From Simkaniaceae bacterium (GTDB taxonomy: Bacteria; Chlamydiota; Chlamydiia; Chlamydiales; JAJFMI01), in contig JBBDIZ010000027.1 in the NCBI GenBank assembly GCA_040880145.1, forward strand, positions 1 to 64,000: DNA of 64,000 bases, written 5' to 3'. Shown here one piece after another: positions 30,719 through 40,652 of this stretch. Under the pieces are notes generated by a model that was not told where the DNA came from, ran no database searches, and saw only the letters and a program-made list of their open reading frames with translations. A program made the position numbers and the translations under genes. How positions within the stretch are numbered: the first letter of the stretch is position 1; each line of letters starts with the position of its first letter.

Positions 30719-31561
30719 CTATTTCTTCCTGCGATCTTTGACGATCATCTTGTTAGACTTCTTTTTAGAACGTGTTTTACGCCCTTTTGTCTCCTTCGCC
30801 CATGGAGTCTGAGGAATGTAGCCGTTATGTCTCCCTTCACCTCCCCCATGGGGGTGGTCAACGGGGTTCATAGCTGTACCTCGCACTGTCGGTCTAAAAC
30901 CTTTCCAACGAGTTCTCCCAGCCTTCCCTTCAACACGAAGGTTTTTCTCAGCGTTTGAAACCGCTCCAAGCGTTGCTCGACAGCTTTCATTGATCAAACG
31001 TACTTCACCAGATGGCATTTTAAGCGTCGCATAACCGCTGCTTCTTGCAAGCAATTGCGCAGAAAGTCCAGCAGACCGGACAAGCTTTCCGCCTTTTCCA
31101 GGTTTCATCTCAACATTGTGGATGACAGACCCAAGAGGAATACTCTTTAGCGGCATGGTGCACCCAACCTTTACAGGAGTTTTTTCACCAGAAAAGATTT
31201 TATCGCCAACTTTTATTTTTTGGGGCGCAATAATGTAGCGCTTCTCACCATCGATGTAGTTAACGAGCGCTATATGTGCGCTTCGATTTGGATCGTACTC
31301 AATTGAAGCAACTCTTGCTTCAATATCGTCTTTATTTCTCTTAAAATCGATTAGACGATAGGAGCGCTTATGTCCTCCACCACGATGACGGCATGTAATA
31401 TGCCCATGATGGTTTCGGCCATTTGTCTTTTTCTTATGGGTCAGAAGACTCTTGGTTGGCTCAACTGTTTTACGAGTATTATCCAGCCGAGTGAGCTCCT
31501 CATGACTTTCAAGAACGAGGAGACGTCTAGAGGGAGTCGTGGGACGAAATTTTTTGACCAT
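30719..31561 (-). CDS. rplB: 50S ribosomal protein L2
   Basis: [21 protein letters not shown]. Confidence 0.98.
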   Translation of the reverse strand: MVKKFRPTTPSRRLLVLESHEELTRLDNTRKTVEPTKSLLTHKKKTNGRNHHGHITCRHRGGGHKRSYRLIDFKRNKDDIEARVASIEYDPNRSAHIALVNYIDGEKRYIIAPQKIKVGDKIFSGEKTPVKVGCTMPLKSIPLGSVIHNVEMKPGKGGKLVRSAGLSAQLLARSSGYATLKMPSGEVRLINESCRATLGAVSNAEKNLRVEGKAGRTRWKGFRPTVRGTAMNPVDHPHGGGEGRHNGYIPQTPWAKETKGRKTRSKKKSNKMIVKDRRKK

Positions 31562-31573
31562 GATTCGTTTCTC

Positions 31574-31909
31574 CTATACTTCTGCTTCTATTTTGTCGCC
31601 TTCTTCAAGCGTCACAACTGCCTTCTTAAAGGCCGCTGTTTTACCGGGGCGGCCTCTTACGCGCTTGCGCTTGGGCTTGGTAATACTTGTATTGACCGAT
31701 TTAACGGTGACATTGCTTTCGCGATAGATCTCCTCGATCGCCAACTTAATCTCTTTCTTATTCGCGTTGATATCGACAAGAAAGACATATTTTGGCTTTG
31801 AGCACGCTTTTAAAGACGCATTGCTCTCGCTGTTGACGAGATTCTCTAATACGTTAGATTTCTCTGTCATATAGCGTGATTTAATCACGGTGTAAGCATT
31901 TCTTCTCAT
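31574..31909 (-). CDS. rplW: 50S ribosomal protein L23
   Basis: TEKS, ANKKEIK, KKAVVTL. Confidence 0.96.
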   Translation of the reverse strand: MRRNAYTVIKSRYMTEKSNVLENLVNSESNASLKACSKPKYVFLVDINANKKEIKLAIEEIYRESNVTVKSVNTSITKPKRKRVRGRPGKTAAFKKAVVTLEEGDKIEAEV

Positions 31910-32553
31910 GAGATTCTCTCCCCTATTAAACTTTTAAACTCATCAACAGCAGATTGCATGACAATGAGATTACGAGTTAGAGCGAGGTCATAGCCATTGA
32001 CACCAATTGCACGCTTACACTCAATTTTCGGAAGGTTTCGAACGCTTTTACAAAAATTCGTGAAATCATTTTTTTCATCTTTAAGAAACAAGGTGCGCTT
32101 TCCGTCAATGCTTCGACTTTTAAGAAAGTTAAATACACTTTTTGTGCGAGGCGCTTCAAAATTCACGTCTTCGAGCACAATCACGGAGTCACTCTTAATA
32201 AGATCAATGATTAAAGCCTTGATTGCTGCACGCTTTTCTTTTCGATTAATCCGAATATTTTGTTTGAATTTTGGCTTTGGGCCAAAGACAATACCCCCAC
32301 CCTTGTATTGAGGAGATCCTAAGAAACCTTGACGAGCATTTCCTGTTCCTTTTTGAGGGTGTGGCTTTTTATTACTATAGCTAATTTCTGCTCTTTCTTT
32401 TGTGTTGGCCGACCATTGGCGTTTATTAGCACGAAGAGCGACTAAGTAATCCTTGATCATTTGCGGCGCGACCTTCGTCTCAAGGAGGGCTTCGTCGATT
32501 TCTACGACTCCCGTTTCTTGACCGTTAAGATCATATTTCTTTATCTGAACCAT
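31906..32553 (-). CDS. rplD: 50S ribosomal protein L4
   Basis: QKGTGNARQG, GGGIVFGPKP. Confidence 0.97.
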   Translation of the reverse strand: MVQIKKYDLNGQETGVVEIDEALLETKVAPQMIKDYLVALRANKRQWSANTKERAEISYSNKKPHPQKGTGNARQGFLGSPQYKGGGIVFGPKPKFKQNIRINRKEKRAAIKALIIDLIKSDSVIVLEDVNFEAPRTKSVFNFLKSRSIDGKRTLFLKDEKNDFTNFCKSVRNLPKIECKRAIGVNGYDLALTRNLIVMQSAVDEFKSLIGERIS

Positions 32554-33216
32554 CTAGGATCTCCCCTTTGCCAGTTGCTCTTTCTTAAGTGATTTTCTGA
32601 TATAGACGAGGCCATTTTTGCATCCTGGAACAGCGCCTTTTACGAATAAAACACGTTTTTCACTATCTGCTTTAATGACCTTAAGGCCCTCTTGAGTCAC
32701 TCTTTCATCACCCATATGGCCTGCTTTTTTTCCTCCGGGAAAGTTTCGCCCTGGAGTCGAGCGGCATCCTGTTGAACCGGCAGAGCGGTGAAAGCCGGAG
32801 CCGTGAGCTGCGGGCCCGCCTTTAAAGTTATGGCGTTTCATTACCCCTTGAAATCCCTTTCCCTTAGAACGTCCTACGACATCAACAAAAGTGCATTCAG
32901 CAAATGCCTCGACGCCGATTTCTTGGCCGATTTCAAAATTTTCCAGCGATTCAACACGTGATTCGATTATGAATTCACGGGGCTCAAGCTTCTGTGAAGA
33001 AAAATGACCCGCCAAAGGCTTTGTCATGTTTTTCTTTCTAGAGCTTTTTAATTTAAAGGCGCCGAGTTGAATTGCTTGATAACCATCTTTTTCGAGAGTC
33101 TTAACCTGAGTCACCACGTTGGGTTCAACTAAGATTACAGTGCAGACAATCAGGTTCCCAGACGGGTCATATACCTGGGTCATCCCCACTTTTTTTCCCA
33201 TTAGTTTAAGATTCAT
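32554..33216 (-). CDS. rplC: 50S ribosomal protein L3
   Basis: GKKVGMTQ, SKGKGFQGVMKRH, KGAVPG. Confidence 0.98.
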   Translation of the reverse strand: MNLKLMGKKVGMTQVYDPSGNLIVCTVILVEPNVVTQVKTLEKDGYQAIQLGAFKLKSSRKKNMTKPLAGHFSSQKLEPREFIIESRVESLENFEIGQEIGVEAFAECTFVDVVGRSKGKGFQGVMKRHNFKGGPAAHGSGFHRSAGSTGCRSTPGRNFPGGKKAGHMGDERVTQEGLKVIKADSEKRVLFVKGAVPGCKNGLVYIRKSLKKEQLAKGRS

Positions 33217-33312
33217 TCATTCCCTTTCTTTTTCTCTTCCCGTTAAAAAATATTTAACGAGAGGGCATTGAAGCAATTTATTAAATAATTTACATTCCCA
33301 AAGCATTGAGGT

Positions 33313-33341
33313 AGTGTAGTCGAAATCAAAATATATCTCAA
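33313..33341 (-). promoter_or_regulatory. Putative promoter of the rplC-led operon
   Basis: Minus strand TTGAGA-17 nt-TACACT, about 95 nt upstream of rplC. Confidence 0.6.
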
Positions 33342-33416
33342 CTGCCAAAACGTTTGGCTTTGAAGTTTTACAAATGTGCCGTGTGAACACTGCTTCCAGT
33401 GTAGGTGTGGTAGGCA

Positions 33417-33599
33417 TCATAGCATCGCACGTGAATTTAGAGCTATTCTTTTTTTGCTCTTCACTGAATTCAATTGAGTCCTTGGTGGAATTTCAATTCT
33501 CTTCGCCGTTATCTCTGAAATAATTAAAAGAGTAATCATCATGCCAACGAGAAGTAGGACGATGGCCCATTCTCTTGCCTTCAATTTTTCTCTTGTCAT
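33417..33599 (-). CDS. Small single-pass membrane protein (60 aa)
   Basis: ATG 33599 one base after the upstream stop; MTREKLKAREW, one TM helix, basic tail. Confidence 0.6.
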   Translation of the reverse strand: MTREKLKAREWAIVLLLVGMMITLLIISEITAKRIEIPPRTQLNSVKSKKRIALNSRAML

Positions 33600-33600
33600 T

Positions 33601-34296
33601 TTATAGGGAGGCTGGTGTTGAAAATTTCCGGTAAAGATGAGGATCAAACTTTTTTTGATGAACCTCGGCTGAATCAATTAATTTATAGTCTACAATCTCA
33701 ATTACGAAACCGGGCAAGCATAGAACCAGTAAAATAAGAAGAGGTGCAAAAGCGATGAGCGTAACAAGGGTTAATGCGCTTCCAGAGACAAGGGTTGGAC
33801 TCACAAGAGAAATTAGACTAAAGATTGTCCAAAATAAAAACCCCAGTGTCGAGGTTATTTTGAGAACAAGGCTCGTCTCCATGATGTCGCTTAAAACCGG
33901 CCCTCTTTCTGCAAAACTATCGACGTTTTTCGACTCCCGCTCTTTTTGAATGGAAATAGCCCAAGCATCTTCAGAATACTGAATCATATCCCCATAGTAT
34001 TTAAAAATATAAATACAATTTAATGTCGTTGCAAAAACGCCGGATACATTGAGCGCAAGAGAAAAGAGCCTAAACCCCTCCATTGACCTAACCATCCCCC
34101 CGATACCCGAAATAAGGGCCACTCCAGAAAACAACTGCTTAACGCTATGACTCCACCGATCTAATCGATCCAGCTCAAAAATTTTTGAATCAGGGCTCTT
34201 GTACATCACTTCTGTAAAATTTTTGATACCGGAGCCCAAACAAAGCGCATTAAACGCAAGCTCCCCTGAAGTTTTAACATTTATCAAACAATGCAT
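33601..34296 (-). CDS. Hypothetical protein with C-terminal bilobed hydrophobic hairpin (Inc-like)
   Basis: ~55-aa nearly uncharged C-terminal segment with a Pro/Gly turn; operon-packed. Confidence 0.75.
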   Translation of the reverse strand: MHCLINVKTSGELAFNALCLGSGIKNFTEVMYKSPDSKIFELDRLDRWSHSVKQLFSGVALISGIGGMVRSMEGFRLFSLALNVSGVFATTLNCIYIFKYYGDMIQYSEDAWAISIQKERESKNVDSFAERGPVLSDIMETSLVLKITSTLGFLFWTIFSLISLVSPTLVSGSALTLVTLIAFAPLLILLVLCLPGFVIEIVDYKLIDSAEVHQKKFDPHLYRKFSTPASL

Positions 34297-34304
34297 TCAG
34301 CACC

Positions 34305-35144
34305 TTAAACAACAGCGGGTTTACAAGGATTTATATATTGTCCCTTTTGAAATTCTGCACTTTCCGAAACAAAAAAGGCCAGAAGAGTCAAGATTAGGCC
34401 TAATGTAGCAAGGGTAAGCATCAGAGGAGAAGCGATTGAAAAACCAATAATAGCAGCTGCAAGAAGTAATGCACAGACAATAAAACCTATACAATACTTA
34501 CAAAGATCAAGCAATTCAGCGATTGTATAAGTTGTAATAATTGTATTTTGATCTATATCAAATTCTTCTCCACCGCCTTTTGCCTCTCCTAATTTTTTAT
34601 TTTGCCATTTTTCATTTCTTATCAAAAGATTATCCAAGCAGTTTCCAATTTTTATAATTAAAAAAACAGTATTTCCAGCGTGTTGACCCTTTGCAAGAAG
34701 ACTGCAACCCGGAACATCTACAATATTTTTTTTATCAAAAAACCGCGCGACTTCACAGACTTTTGCTATGGTCACCGAGACGTTTGCGACCCCCTTTGTT
34801 ACGGCATCAAAAACATCCAACCCCTTTTTATTTTCATTCAATAAAGTTTCGGTAATTTCTTGGGAGGATTCAAGCGTCGAACAAACAAGACCAATAAGCT
34901 CTGGAATCGCCATGATCGACTTCGCATCGCATGTCAGCCTTTTTAAATTTTGGACTTGCTCTAATCCTCTGCCTTTAAAATAACCGGAACACTCCAGCGT
35001 CTCTGTAAGATAACTAAACCAGCTTACAGCATTAATAAACCCCTTGTAGAGCTCCTTAGGCTGTTCCCTTACATACTTCTTTACAAGAAAAATAGGGTTC
35101 GTCTGTACATACGACTGAATTCGTGGTTCACCGACTGCTGACAT
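34305..35144 (-). CDS. Hypothetical protein with C-terminal bilobed hydrophobic hairpin (Inc-like)
   Basis: YCIGFIVCALLLAAAIIGFSIASPLMLTLATLGLILTLLAFFV; AGGAG SD. Confidence 0.8.
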   Translation of the reverse strand: MSAVGEPRIQSYVQTNPIFLVKKYVREQPKELYKGFINAVSWFSYLTETLECSGYFKGRGLEQVQNLKRLTCDAKSIMAIPELIGLVCSTLESSQEITETLLNENKKGLDVFDAVTKGVANVSVTIAKVCEVARFFDKKNIVDVPGCSLLAKGQHAGNTVFLIIKIGNCLDNLLIRNEKWQNKKLGEAKGGGEEFDIDQNTIITTYTIAELLDLCKYCIGFIVCALLLAAAIIGFSIASPLMLTLATLGLILTLLAFFVSESAEFQKGQYINPCKPAVV

Positions 35145-35159
35145 GATAGCTCCTAACTT

Positions 35160-35882
35160 TTAAAGACTCGCTTTTAGTTGATGGTAATTTTTCGAATTTT
35201 TCCAATACTCGATCTCCTGATCGACAAAATAACTCCCTAGGCTTGCAGCAATGACAAGAGAGGAGAGGACCAAAATCAAGGGGGTCAGCCCCGGAAATGC
35301 CCAAATAAAAAAAATAACAGCAAGGCATTCCACCGCAATAGCTGCAATAGCAAGCGCAGCATCGATACTGTTTTTTAAGATCTTCATATTCTCGACACAC
35401 TCCAAACGGGGATCATTTCCTGTCTCTCTTGTCAACCCTTCATAGAGCCCAAACAACGCCCTTGCAAGGTCATTCAAATTTACAATGACATCAAAAAGTC
35501 CTCCGATCGCTCCAAAGAACTCTCGATTTACTCTAAAGCAGCCAAAATGATCGCCTAAATGGATCACACGGATTCCCGCTTCAATCGAAGCGCACCCATG
35601 AACAAAAAAATCTTTAACCCTTAAGGCTGTTTCAACCCACTCTTCTTTCTCATTTATATGGAGGGTAATGGCTAAATAACCATCGCTTGCCATACAACAA
35701 ACTTCCCTTCCAAAATCATAGGGAGAGAACAAAGCGATCCCTCTTTCAAGCAAACGACTCTCTTCCTGAAAGGTTAAAGACTTTCCGAGAGTTTCCGGGA
35801 GCAGAAAGAGGCTCCATTCACAGATTACATTTGGAATTTCAATAAACTTTTTTGACTGTTCCCAAATGAACTGAAATCCCAC
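35160..35882 (-). CDS. Hypothetical protein with C-terminal bilobed hydrophobic hairpin (Inc-like)
   Basis: AALAIAAIAVECLAVIFFIWAFPGLTPLILVLSSLVIAASLGSYFV. Confidence 0.75.
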   Translation of the reverse strand: MGFQFIWEQSKKFIEIPNVICEWSLFLLPETLGKSLTFQEESRLLERGIALFSPYDFGREVCCMASDGYLAITLHINEKEEWVETALRVKDFFVHGCASIEAGIRVIHLGDHFGCFRVNREFFGAIGGLFDVIVNLNDLARALFGLYEGLTRETGNDPRLECVENMKILKNSIDAALAIAAIAVECLAVIFFIWAFPGLTPLILVLSSLVIAASLGSYFVDQEIEYWKNSKNYHQLKASL

Positions 35883-35939
35883 AAGATTCCCTATCGATTT
35901 AGATCAAGAGTAGGAAATGCTTTAATTTATGTAAAGGGA

Positions 35940-36878
35940 TTATGAAACAAAAATAATTTTTTTATAAATTCCGCTCAAAAAGTCCTTTGCAGGCATTGCT
36001 TTTTTTCCTTCAGGTTGAAGCGAAAGGATTTGTAAACTTCCGGACTGACAAGCCACAATGAATTGCTTTTTTAACGAAAGAATCTGCCCGGGTTCTCCGG
36101 TTTGATCTTGAAGAACTTTTGTAGTTAATACTTTTAATCTTTTCTTGCACCCATCCACTTCAATAAAAGTGTAAGCCCCAGGTTTAGGAGAAAGTGCTCT
36201 AACTTTGTTATGAATATTTTGAGCAGACTGATTAAATGAGATCAACCCTTCCTCGGGTAATATTTTTGGAGCAAAAGTAACCTGAGAGGCATCCTGAGAA
36301 ATTTTTTGAATTTTGCCTTTAGAACCTTGCTCTATGACAATTTTGATTGCTGACCGCGCGCGCGCGGTCAGCAGAGAGGTCAACTTTTCCTTTGTCATAT
36401 CCTCTTCAATTTTCACTTTTTCAACGTGTAAAATATCTCCTGCGTCCATCTTTAATACCATTTCTATAATCGTGACCCCCGTTTCATTCTCTCCATTCAT
36501 CAAGACGCGTTCAATCGGTGCGGCTCCTCGATATTTTGGAAGAAGGCTCATATGAATATTAACAGGCATGAGTTTTGGGACATCCAATAGATTCTGTTTT
36601 ATGATTTCACCGTAGGCGACCACAATGAACAAATCAGGCTTTAATGCTTTTAATTGATCAGCCATTTCAGAAGAGGAGGCTTTTTCAGGTTGAAAAATCG
36701 GGACCTCCGGCGCGAGCTGTTTTGCGCAAATTTTTACAGCAGTAGGTGTCGTCTTCAAAGAGCGCCCTTTAGGGCGGTCAGGACGAGAGACAATCCCAAC
36801 GATATTACAACGATTTTCAATTAGAAAACGAAGGATATCTGCGGCTATGGGGGGAGTTCCAAAAAAAATAATTCTCAT
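35940..36878 (-). CDS. fmt: Methionyl-tRNA formyltransferase
   Basis: IFFGTP, VVAYG, NIHMSLLPKYRGAAP, MDAGD. Confidence 0.97.
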   Translation of the reverse strand: MRIIFFGTPPIAADILRFLIENRCNIVGIVSRPDRPKGRSLKTTPTAVKICAKQLAPEVPIFQPEKASSSEMADQLKALKPDLFIVVAYGEIIKQNLLDVPKLMPVNIHMSLLPKYRGAAPIERVLMNGENETGVTIIEMVLKMDAGDILHVEKVKIEEDMTKEKLTSLLTARARSAIKIVIEQGSKGKIQKISQDASQVTFAPKILPEEGLISFNQSAQNIHNKVRALSPKPGAYTFIEVDGCKKRLKVLTTKVLQDQTGEPGQILSLKKQFIVACQSGSLQILSLQPEGKKAMPAKDFLSGIYKKIIFVS

Positions 36879-37705
36879 CAGACCTCGAGAAGGTCTTCAC
36901 ATTTTTCACTTGCTTTTGTCACTCCATGAAGACCAATTAACCCCCTTTTCGAAGTTCGACAAAATTGGACCCAATGAGCAACATGAGGATTACCTGCCAC
37001 CTCTTCTTCAATCTTTCTCAATGCCTCTTCTAACGTATGATTTGAGCGATAGGTCAATGTGAATGCTTGTGAAAGCGCCTTCCGCACATCAATTGAAAAA
37101 TCATTCCTTTTCAGTCCGACTAAATTGAGCCCTCCAAGTTTATAAGAATAACCGGCGCCGATCGTATAAGGGGGAACGTCGTAAGGGATCCGGCTAAATC
37201 CGCCGACCATTGAATACGCTCCGATTCTTGAGAATTGATGAACGGGGGTCATTCCTCCAATCACAACGTGATCCTCAACTTCGACATGACCAGCCAACAT
37301 GGAGCCATTTGCCATGATCACGCGATCCCCAAGGGTGCAATTGTGCGCGACATGACAATAAGCCATAATTAAGCAATCATCTCCAACACTGACAACAGAA
37401 TTTTCTTGGCAAGATGAGTTGATCGTTACAAATTCCCGAATTTGGCACCGTTTGCCAATTCGAACAAATGTTGTTTCTCCAGCATACTTGAGATCCTGAG
37501 TTTGAGTGCCGATGCTCGCGCTTGGCCAAATAACGCTCTCTTCTCCAATTGTCGTGTGACCATCGATATAAGCATGAGATTTAATGACAACGCGATTTTC
37601 TAGACAAACGTTTTTCTTAATGATGGCATACGCTTCAATTTCGACATCTTCACCAATTTTTGCTCCTTCCTCAATAATCGCTGTCGGATGTATTTTATTT
37701 TTCAT
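36878..37705 (-). CDS. lpxA: UDP-GlcNAc O-acyltransferase
   Basis: IHPTAII hexapeptide repeats, QDLKY, HVAHNC, LAGHV, VHQF. Confidence 0.97.
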   Translation of the reverse strand: MKNKIHPTAIIEEGAKIGEDVEIEAYAIIKKNVCLENRVVIKSHAYIDGHTTIGEESVIWPSASIGTQTQDLKYAGETTFVRIGKRCQIREFVTINSSCQENSVVSVGDDCLIMAYCHVAHNCTLGDRVIMANGSMLAGHVEVEDHVVIGGMTPVHQFSRIGAYSMVGGFSRIPYDVPPYTIGAGYSYKLGGLNLVGLKRNDFSIDVRKALSQAFTLTYRSNHTLEEALRKIEEEVAGNPHVAHWVQFCRTSKRGLIGLHGVTKASEKCEDLLEV

Positions 37706-37714
37706 AAAATCCCT

Positions 37715-38167
37715 TTAGATTTGATGTTGCGCAACTAAAGCAAACCCTATTTCTGCTTCTGCAACCACCTTATTTCTAACCACTCCTTGTGCTGAAATTT
37801 TACCTGCACGCGAACTGAAATGAATCTCTTTTGCGTGCAAATAGAGCGTATCGCCCGGTACTACAGGTCTTCGAAACTTCGCATTTTTGATATTTAAAAG
37901 AAGCGCTAAATGATCTGAATAGCCTTTTTTATGGATCAAAATTCCACCCGATTGGGCCAAAGCTTCGATGATTAATACTCCCGGCATGATCGGAGCTGTC
38001 GGAAAGTGGCCTTGAAAAAAGTGTTCATTGTATGTGATATTTTTTTTTGAGATGATCTCTCCTTTTTCAAGGTCGAGTTTTACAACACGATCGATTAACA
38101 AAAAGGGATAACGGTGAGGAAGTATTTGAAGGACTTCTCGAATATCGATTAGATTCTCTTCATTCAT
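37715..38167 (-). CDS. fabZ: 3-hydroxyacyl-ACP dehydratase
   Basis: LPHRYPFLLIDRV, GHFP..PIMPGVLIIEALAQ. Confidence 0.98.
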   Translation of the reverse strand: MNEENLIDIREVLQILPHRYPFLLIDRVVKLDLEKGEIISKKNITYNEHFFQGHFPTAPIMPGVLIIEALAQSGGILIHKKGYSDHLALLLNIKNAKFRRPVVPGDTLYLHAKEIHFSSRAGKISAQGVVRNKVVAEAEIGFALVAQHQI

Positions 38168-39074
38168 CTCTAACTCTAAATGTATTCATATGATCAACAA
38201 TCTCTTTAGCAAATAGGGTGTTGGATGTATGGCCTGACTTGATCGCTACGATGTGCACAAGAAGAGGGAATCCAATCAAGGAAATATCACCGATTAAATC
38301 CAGCACTTTATGCCGCACGCATTCGTCAGAAAAGCGTAAGCCTTCAGGGTTGATTACCGCATCATTTTTGATCACAACACCATTATCTAATGTCCCCCCC
38401 TTAATCAGCCCTTGCTCAATTAATGGGACAATTTCTTCATAGAGTGAAAAGGTTCGGCATGAGGCAATTTCTTTTTTAAAAAGGTCCGGATTTACAGGAG
38501 TTGAATAAAACTGAGACTCCAAAAGCTTCGAGTTGGGATAACTAAGCGTATAGCTGATTCGAAATTCTTCAGAGGGCAGTGCGATGAGATGGACTTCGCC
38601 CCTTGACCAAAAAATAGGAGCAGTAAGGTGATGGATTGTCCGTGAATCAGCAAGGCAGGCAATTCCACTTTTTTCAATAAGCTCCACAAATACATTTGCG
38701 GAACCATCTCCGGAGGGTATTTCACAGTTTGAAACTTCGATATACAGGTTATCGATGTCATAGGCATTGATAGCGGATAAAATATGCTCAACACTCTGAA
38801 CATAGACGGATTCATTCCCAAGAATTGTGCAACGGGGGGTCTTGAAAATCGAAGAGACCTTGGCTGGAATCAAAGGATGATTAGGAAGATCCACGCGTTT
38901 AAAAACAATCCCCGTCCCTGCCGGAGCCGGACAAAGAGTAATTTCAGATTTACACCCGGTGAATAGCCCGGTGCCCTTAATAGATACATATTGACTTAAC
39001 GTTTTTTGCTTAGATTTTGATGACGAAAGAGATGTTTTTATTGCCTGCTTAGACGTAGAAGTGACGCTAGCCAA
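38160..39074 (-). CDS. lpxC: UDP-3-O-acyl-GlcNAc deacetylase
   Basis: QKTL, VEHILSA, DGSA, RHKVLDLIGD, GH. Confidence 0.97.
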   Translation of the reverse strand: MASVTSTSKQAIKTSLSSSKSKQKTLSQYVSIKGTGLFTGCKSEITLCPAPAGTGIVFKRVDLPNHPLIPAKVSSIFKTPRCTILGNESVYVQSVEHILSAINAYDIDNLYIEVSNCEIPSGDGSANVFVELIEKSGIACLADSRTIHHLTAPIFWSRGEVHLIALPSEEFRISYTLSYPNSKLLESQFYSTPVNPDLFKKEIASCRTFSLYEEIVPLIEQGLIKGGTLDNGVVIKNDAVINPEGLRFSDECVRHKVLDLIGDISLIGFPLLVHIVAIKSGHTSNTLFAKEIVDHMNTFRVRDE

Positions 39075-39112
39075 AATAACCTAATTATTTTATTAAAAGT
39101 CTTTTAAAGAAA

Positions 39113-40633
39113 TTACCTCTCTCTACTTTTTTTCACAAGAAAAAAGAGCAATAATATCCCAAATGAGAAAAGAATTAATGGCAGATGCCCAAATATAGAG
39201 TACAGCGTAGTATAGGAAAAAAGAGGCAGCTTAACTAAAAGCGCCTTTAACTCCCACTCCTCATCAATGCTTGCAATTTTTCTGCCTAAACTATCGACCC
39301 CGGCAGTCACCCCATTATTACAACTTCGTAAAAGAGGAAGCCCTAACTCAACAGAGCGAAGCCGTCCCAACTCATAATGCTGGGCAGGAAGCTTCGTGCA
39401 GGGAAAATACGCGTCATTAGTCAGGTTAACCAGAATCTCCGCTCCATTATTTTTAAATCGTCGTATAAGAGCTGAAAAACACTCCTCAAAACAAATCGAG
39501 GGTCCATACCGTTTTCGACCATGAAAAATGGTTGCTTCCCGACCGTGTGAAAAAAAGGAGTGGATTCCATAGCGGGCAACAATCGAATCAAGAATACTTA
39601 AAGGAAGATACTCGGCTAAAGGAACAAGCTTTTGTTTTTCATAGCGCTCTACTTTGCTATCCTCGCTGACATAAAATGCCGCATTGTAACTCCCCTTTTC
39701 ATCAAAGTCATCCAGTCCAAGAATCAGGTCACAGCTATAGCGCTTGGCAAGCGACTTTGCAATATCTAGATTGGTTAATAAAGAATCCTTCGTTTCAAAT
39801 ACCGGCAAAAATGGAGTTATGAGAGCAGGCGGAAAAAGCGCCAATTTTGCTCCATAGGGAAAGGTGGATTCCGGAAGAACCATGAGGTCAACTTTTTCAT
39901 GATTTTCTTCAATGGCATGTAAAACGCGGAGCCACTGCCAATAAGGAGAAACAAAAGGCTCTCCTGCAGCCAGGGGCATTTTTTCTTCAGGCTTTAAACC
40001 TGTTTGAATTAAAAGCGCACTAAAGGTCTGGTTCGAGGCTTTCATCGCATTTGACCGCTTCAGGAAAAGCGCTCCTCCAACAAGATAGGGGAAAAGCAGC
40101 ACTCCTATAAAAGAGAAAATCTCTTTTTTTCGCTTTGTCTTATAGGCAACAGCTGAAAAAGCACTGGTTAGTACTACTAAAAAACTTAAGCCCAAAATCC
40201 CCATTAACGATGCGATCTGACGCGTCACTGCATTGCTTGAAAAGGGAATCCCGAAAGGCGCAAATGCAAATCCGCAAAAAACAAAATAACGGCTCCATTC
40301 TAAAAGCGTCCAAAAGGCCGCAGCAGCTAGTGAATTCCAAAGAGTCAATCGATTCAAAACCAGGGATAAAAGAGCAAACTGAAGGGCGCAAAAAAGAGAG
40401 AGCCCCACATAGACTAATAAAATGTAGATCCCATGATAGGCGGTTTGACTGAGCCAGTTGAGCTGAATCAGTGAAACGCTAAAAAACCAAAAAAAAGCCA
40501 AAAAAAACGCTTTTTTCCGCTCTTTTATCTCGGCCATAAAATAGAAGATCACACTAAATCCAACTGCTGCAGAAAGAGGGGCTAAACAATTGTATTGCCC
40601 CGGCAAACCGAATGCGACGATAAAAGCGGTCAA
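39113..40633 (-). CDS. lnt: Apolipoprotein N-acyltransferase (true start probably upstream, see findings)
   Basis: N-terminal TMs; nitrilase triad PES, KQKLVPLAEY, SICFE; NLTNDAYF. Confidence 0.93.
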   Translation of the reverse strand: MTAFIVAFGLPGQYNCLAPLSAAVGFSVIFYFMAEIKERKKAFFLAFFWFFSVSLIQLNWLSQTAYHGIYILLVYVGLSLFCALQFALLSLVLNRLTLWNSLAAAAFWTLLEWSRYFVFCGFAFAPFGIPFSSNAVTRQIASLMGILGLSFLVVLTSAFSAVAYKTKRKKEIFSFIGVLLFPYLVGGALFLKRSNAMKASNQTFSALLIQTGLKPEEKMPLAAGEPFVSPYWQWLRVLHAIEENHEKVDLMVLPESTFPYGAKLALFPPALITPFLPVFETKDSLLTNLDIAKSLAKRYSCDLILGLDDFDEKGSYNAAFYVSEDSKVERYEKQKLVPLAEYLPLSILDSIVARYGIHSFFSHGREATIFHGRKRYGPSICFEECFSALIRRFKNNGAEILVNLTNDAYFPCTKLPAQHYELGRLRSVELGLPLLRSCNNGVTAGVDSLGRKIASIDEEWELKALLVKLPLFSYTTLYSIFGHLPLILFSFGILLLFFLVKKSRER

Positions 40634-40652
40634 TACTAAGAGAACAAGTTGT

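Noticed and set aside
33217..33420. 67-aa ORF that exactly fills the gap before rplC
   Set aside because: Neat packing, but it contains the predicted rplC promoter and leader hairpin and shows no protein-like features; probably fortuitous, though not excluded.
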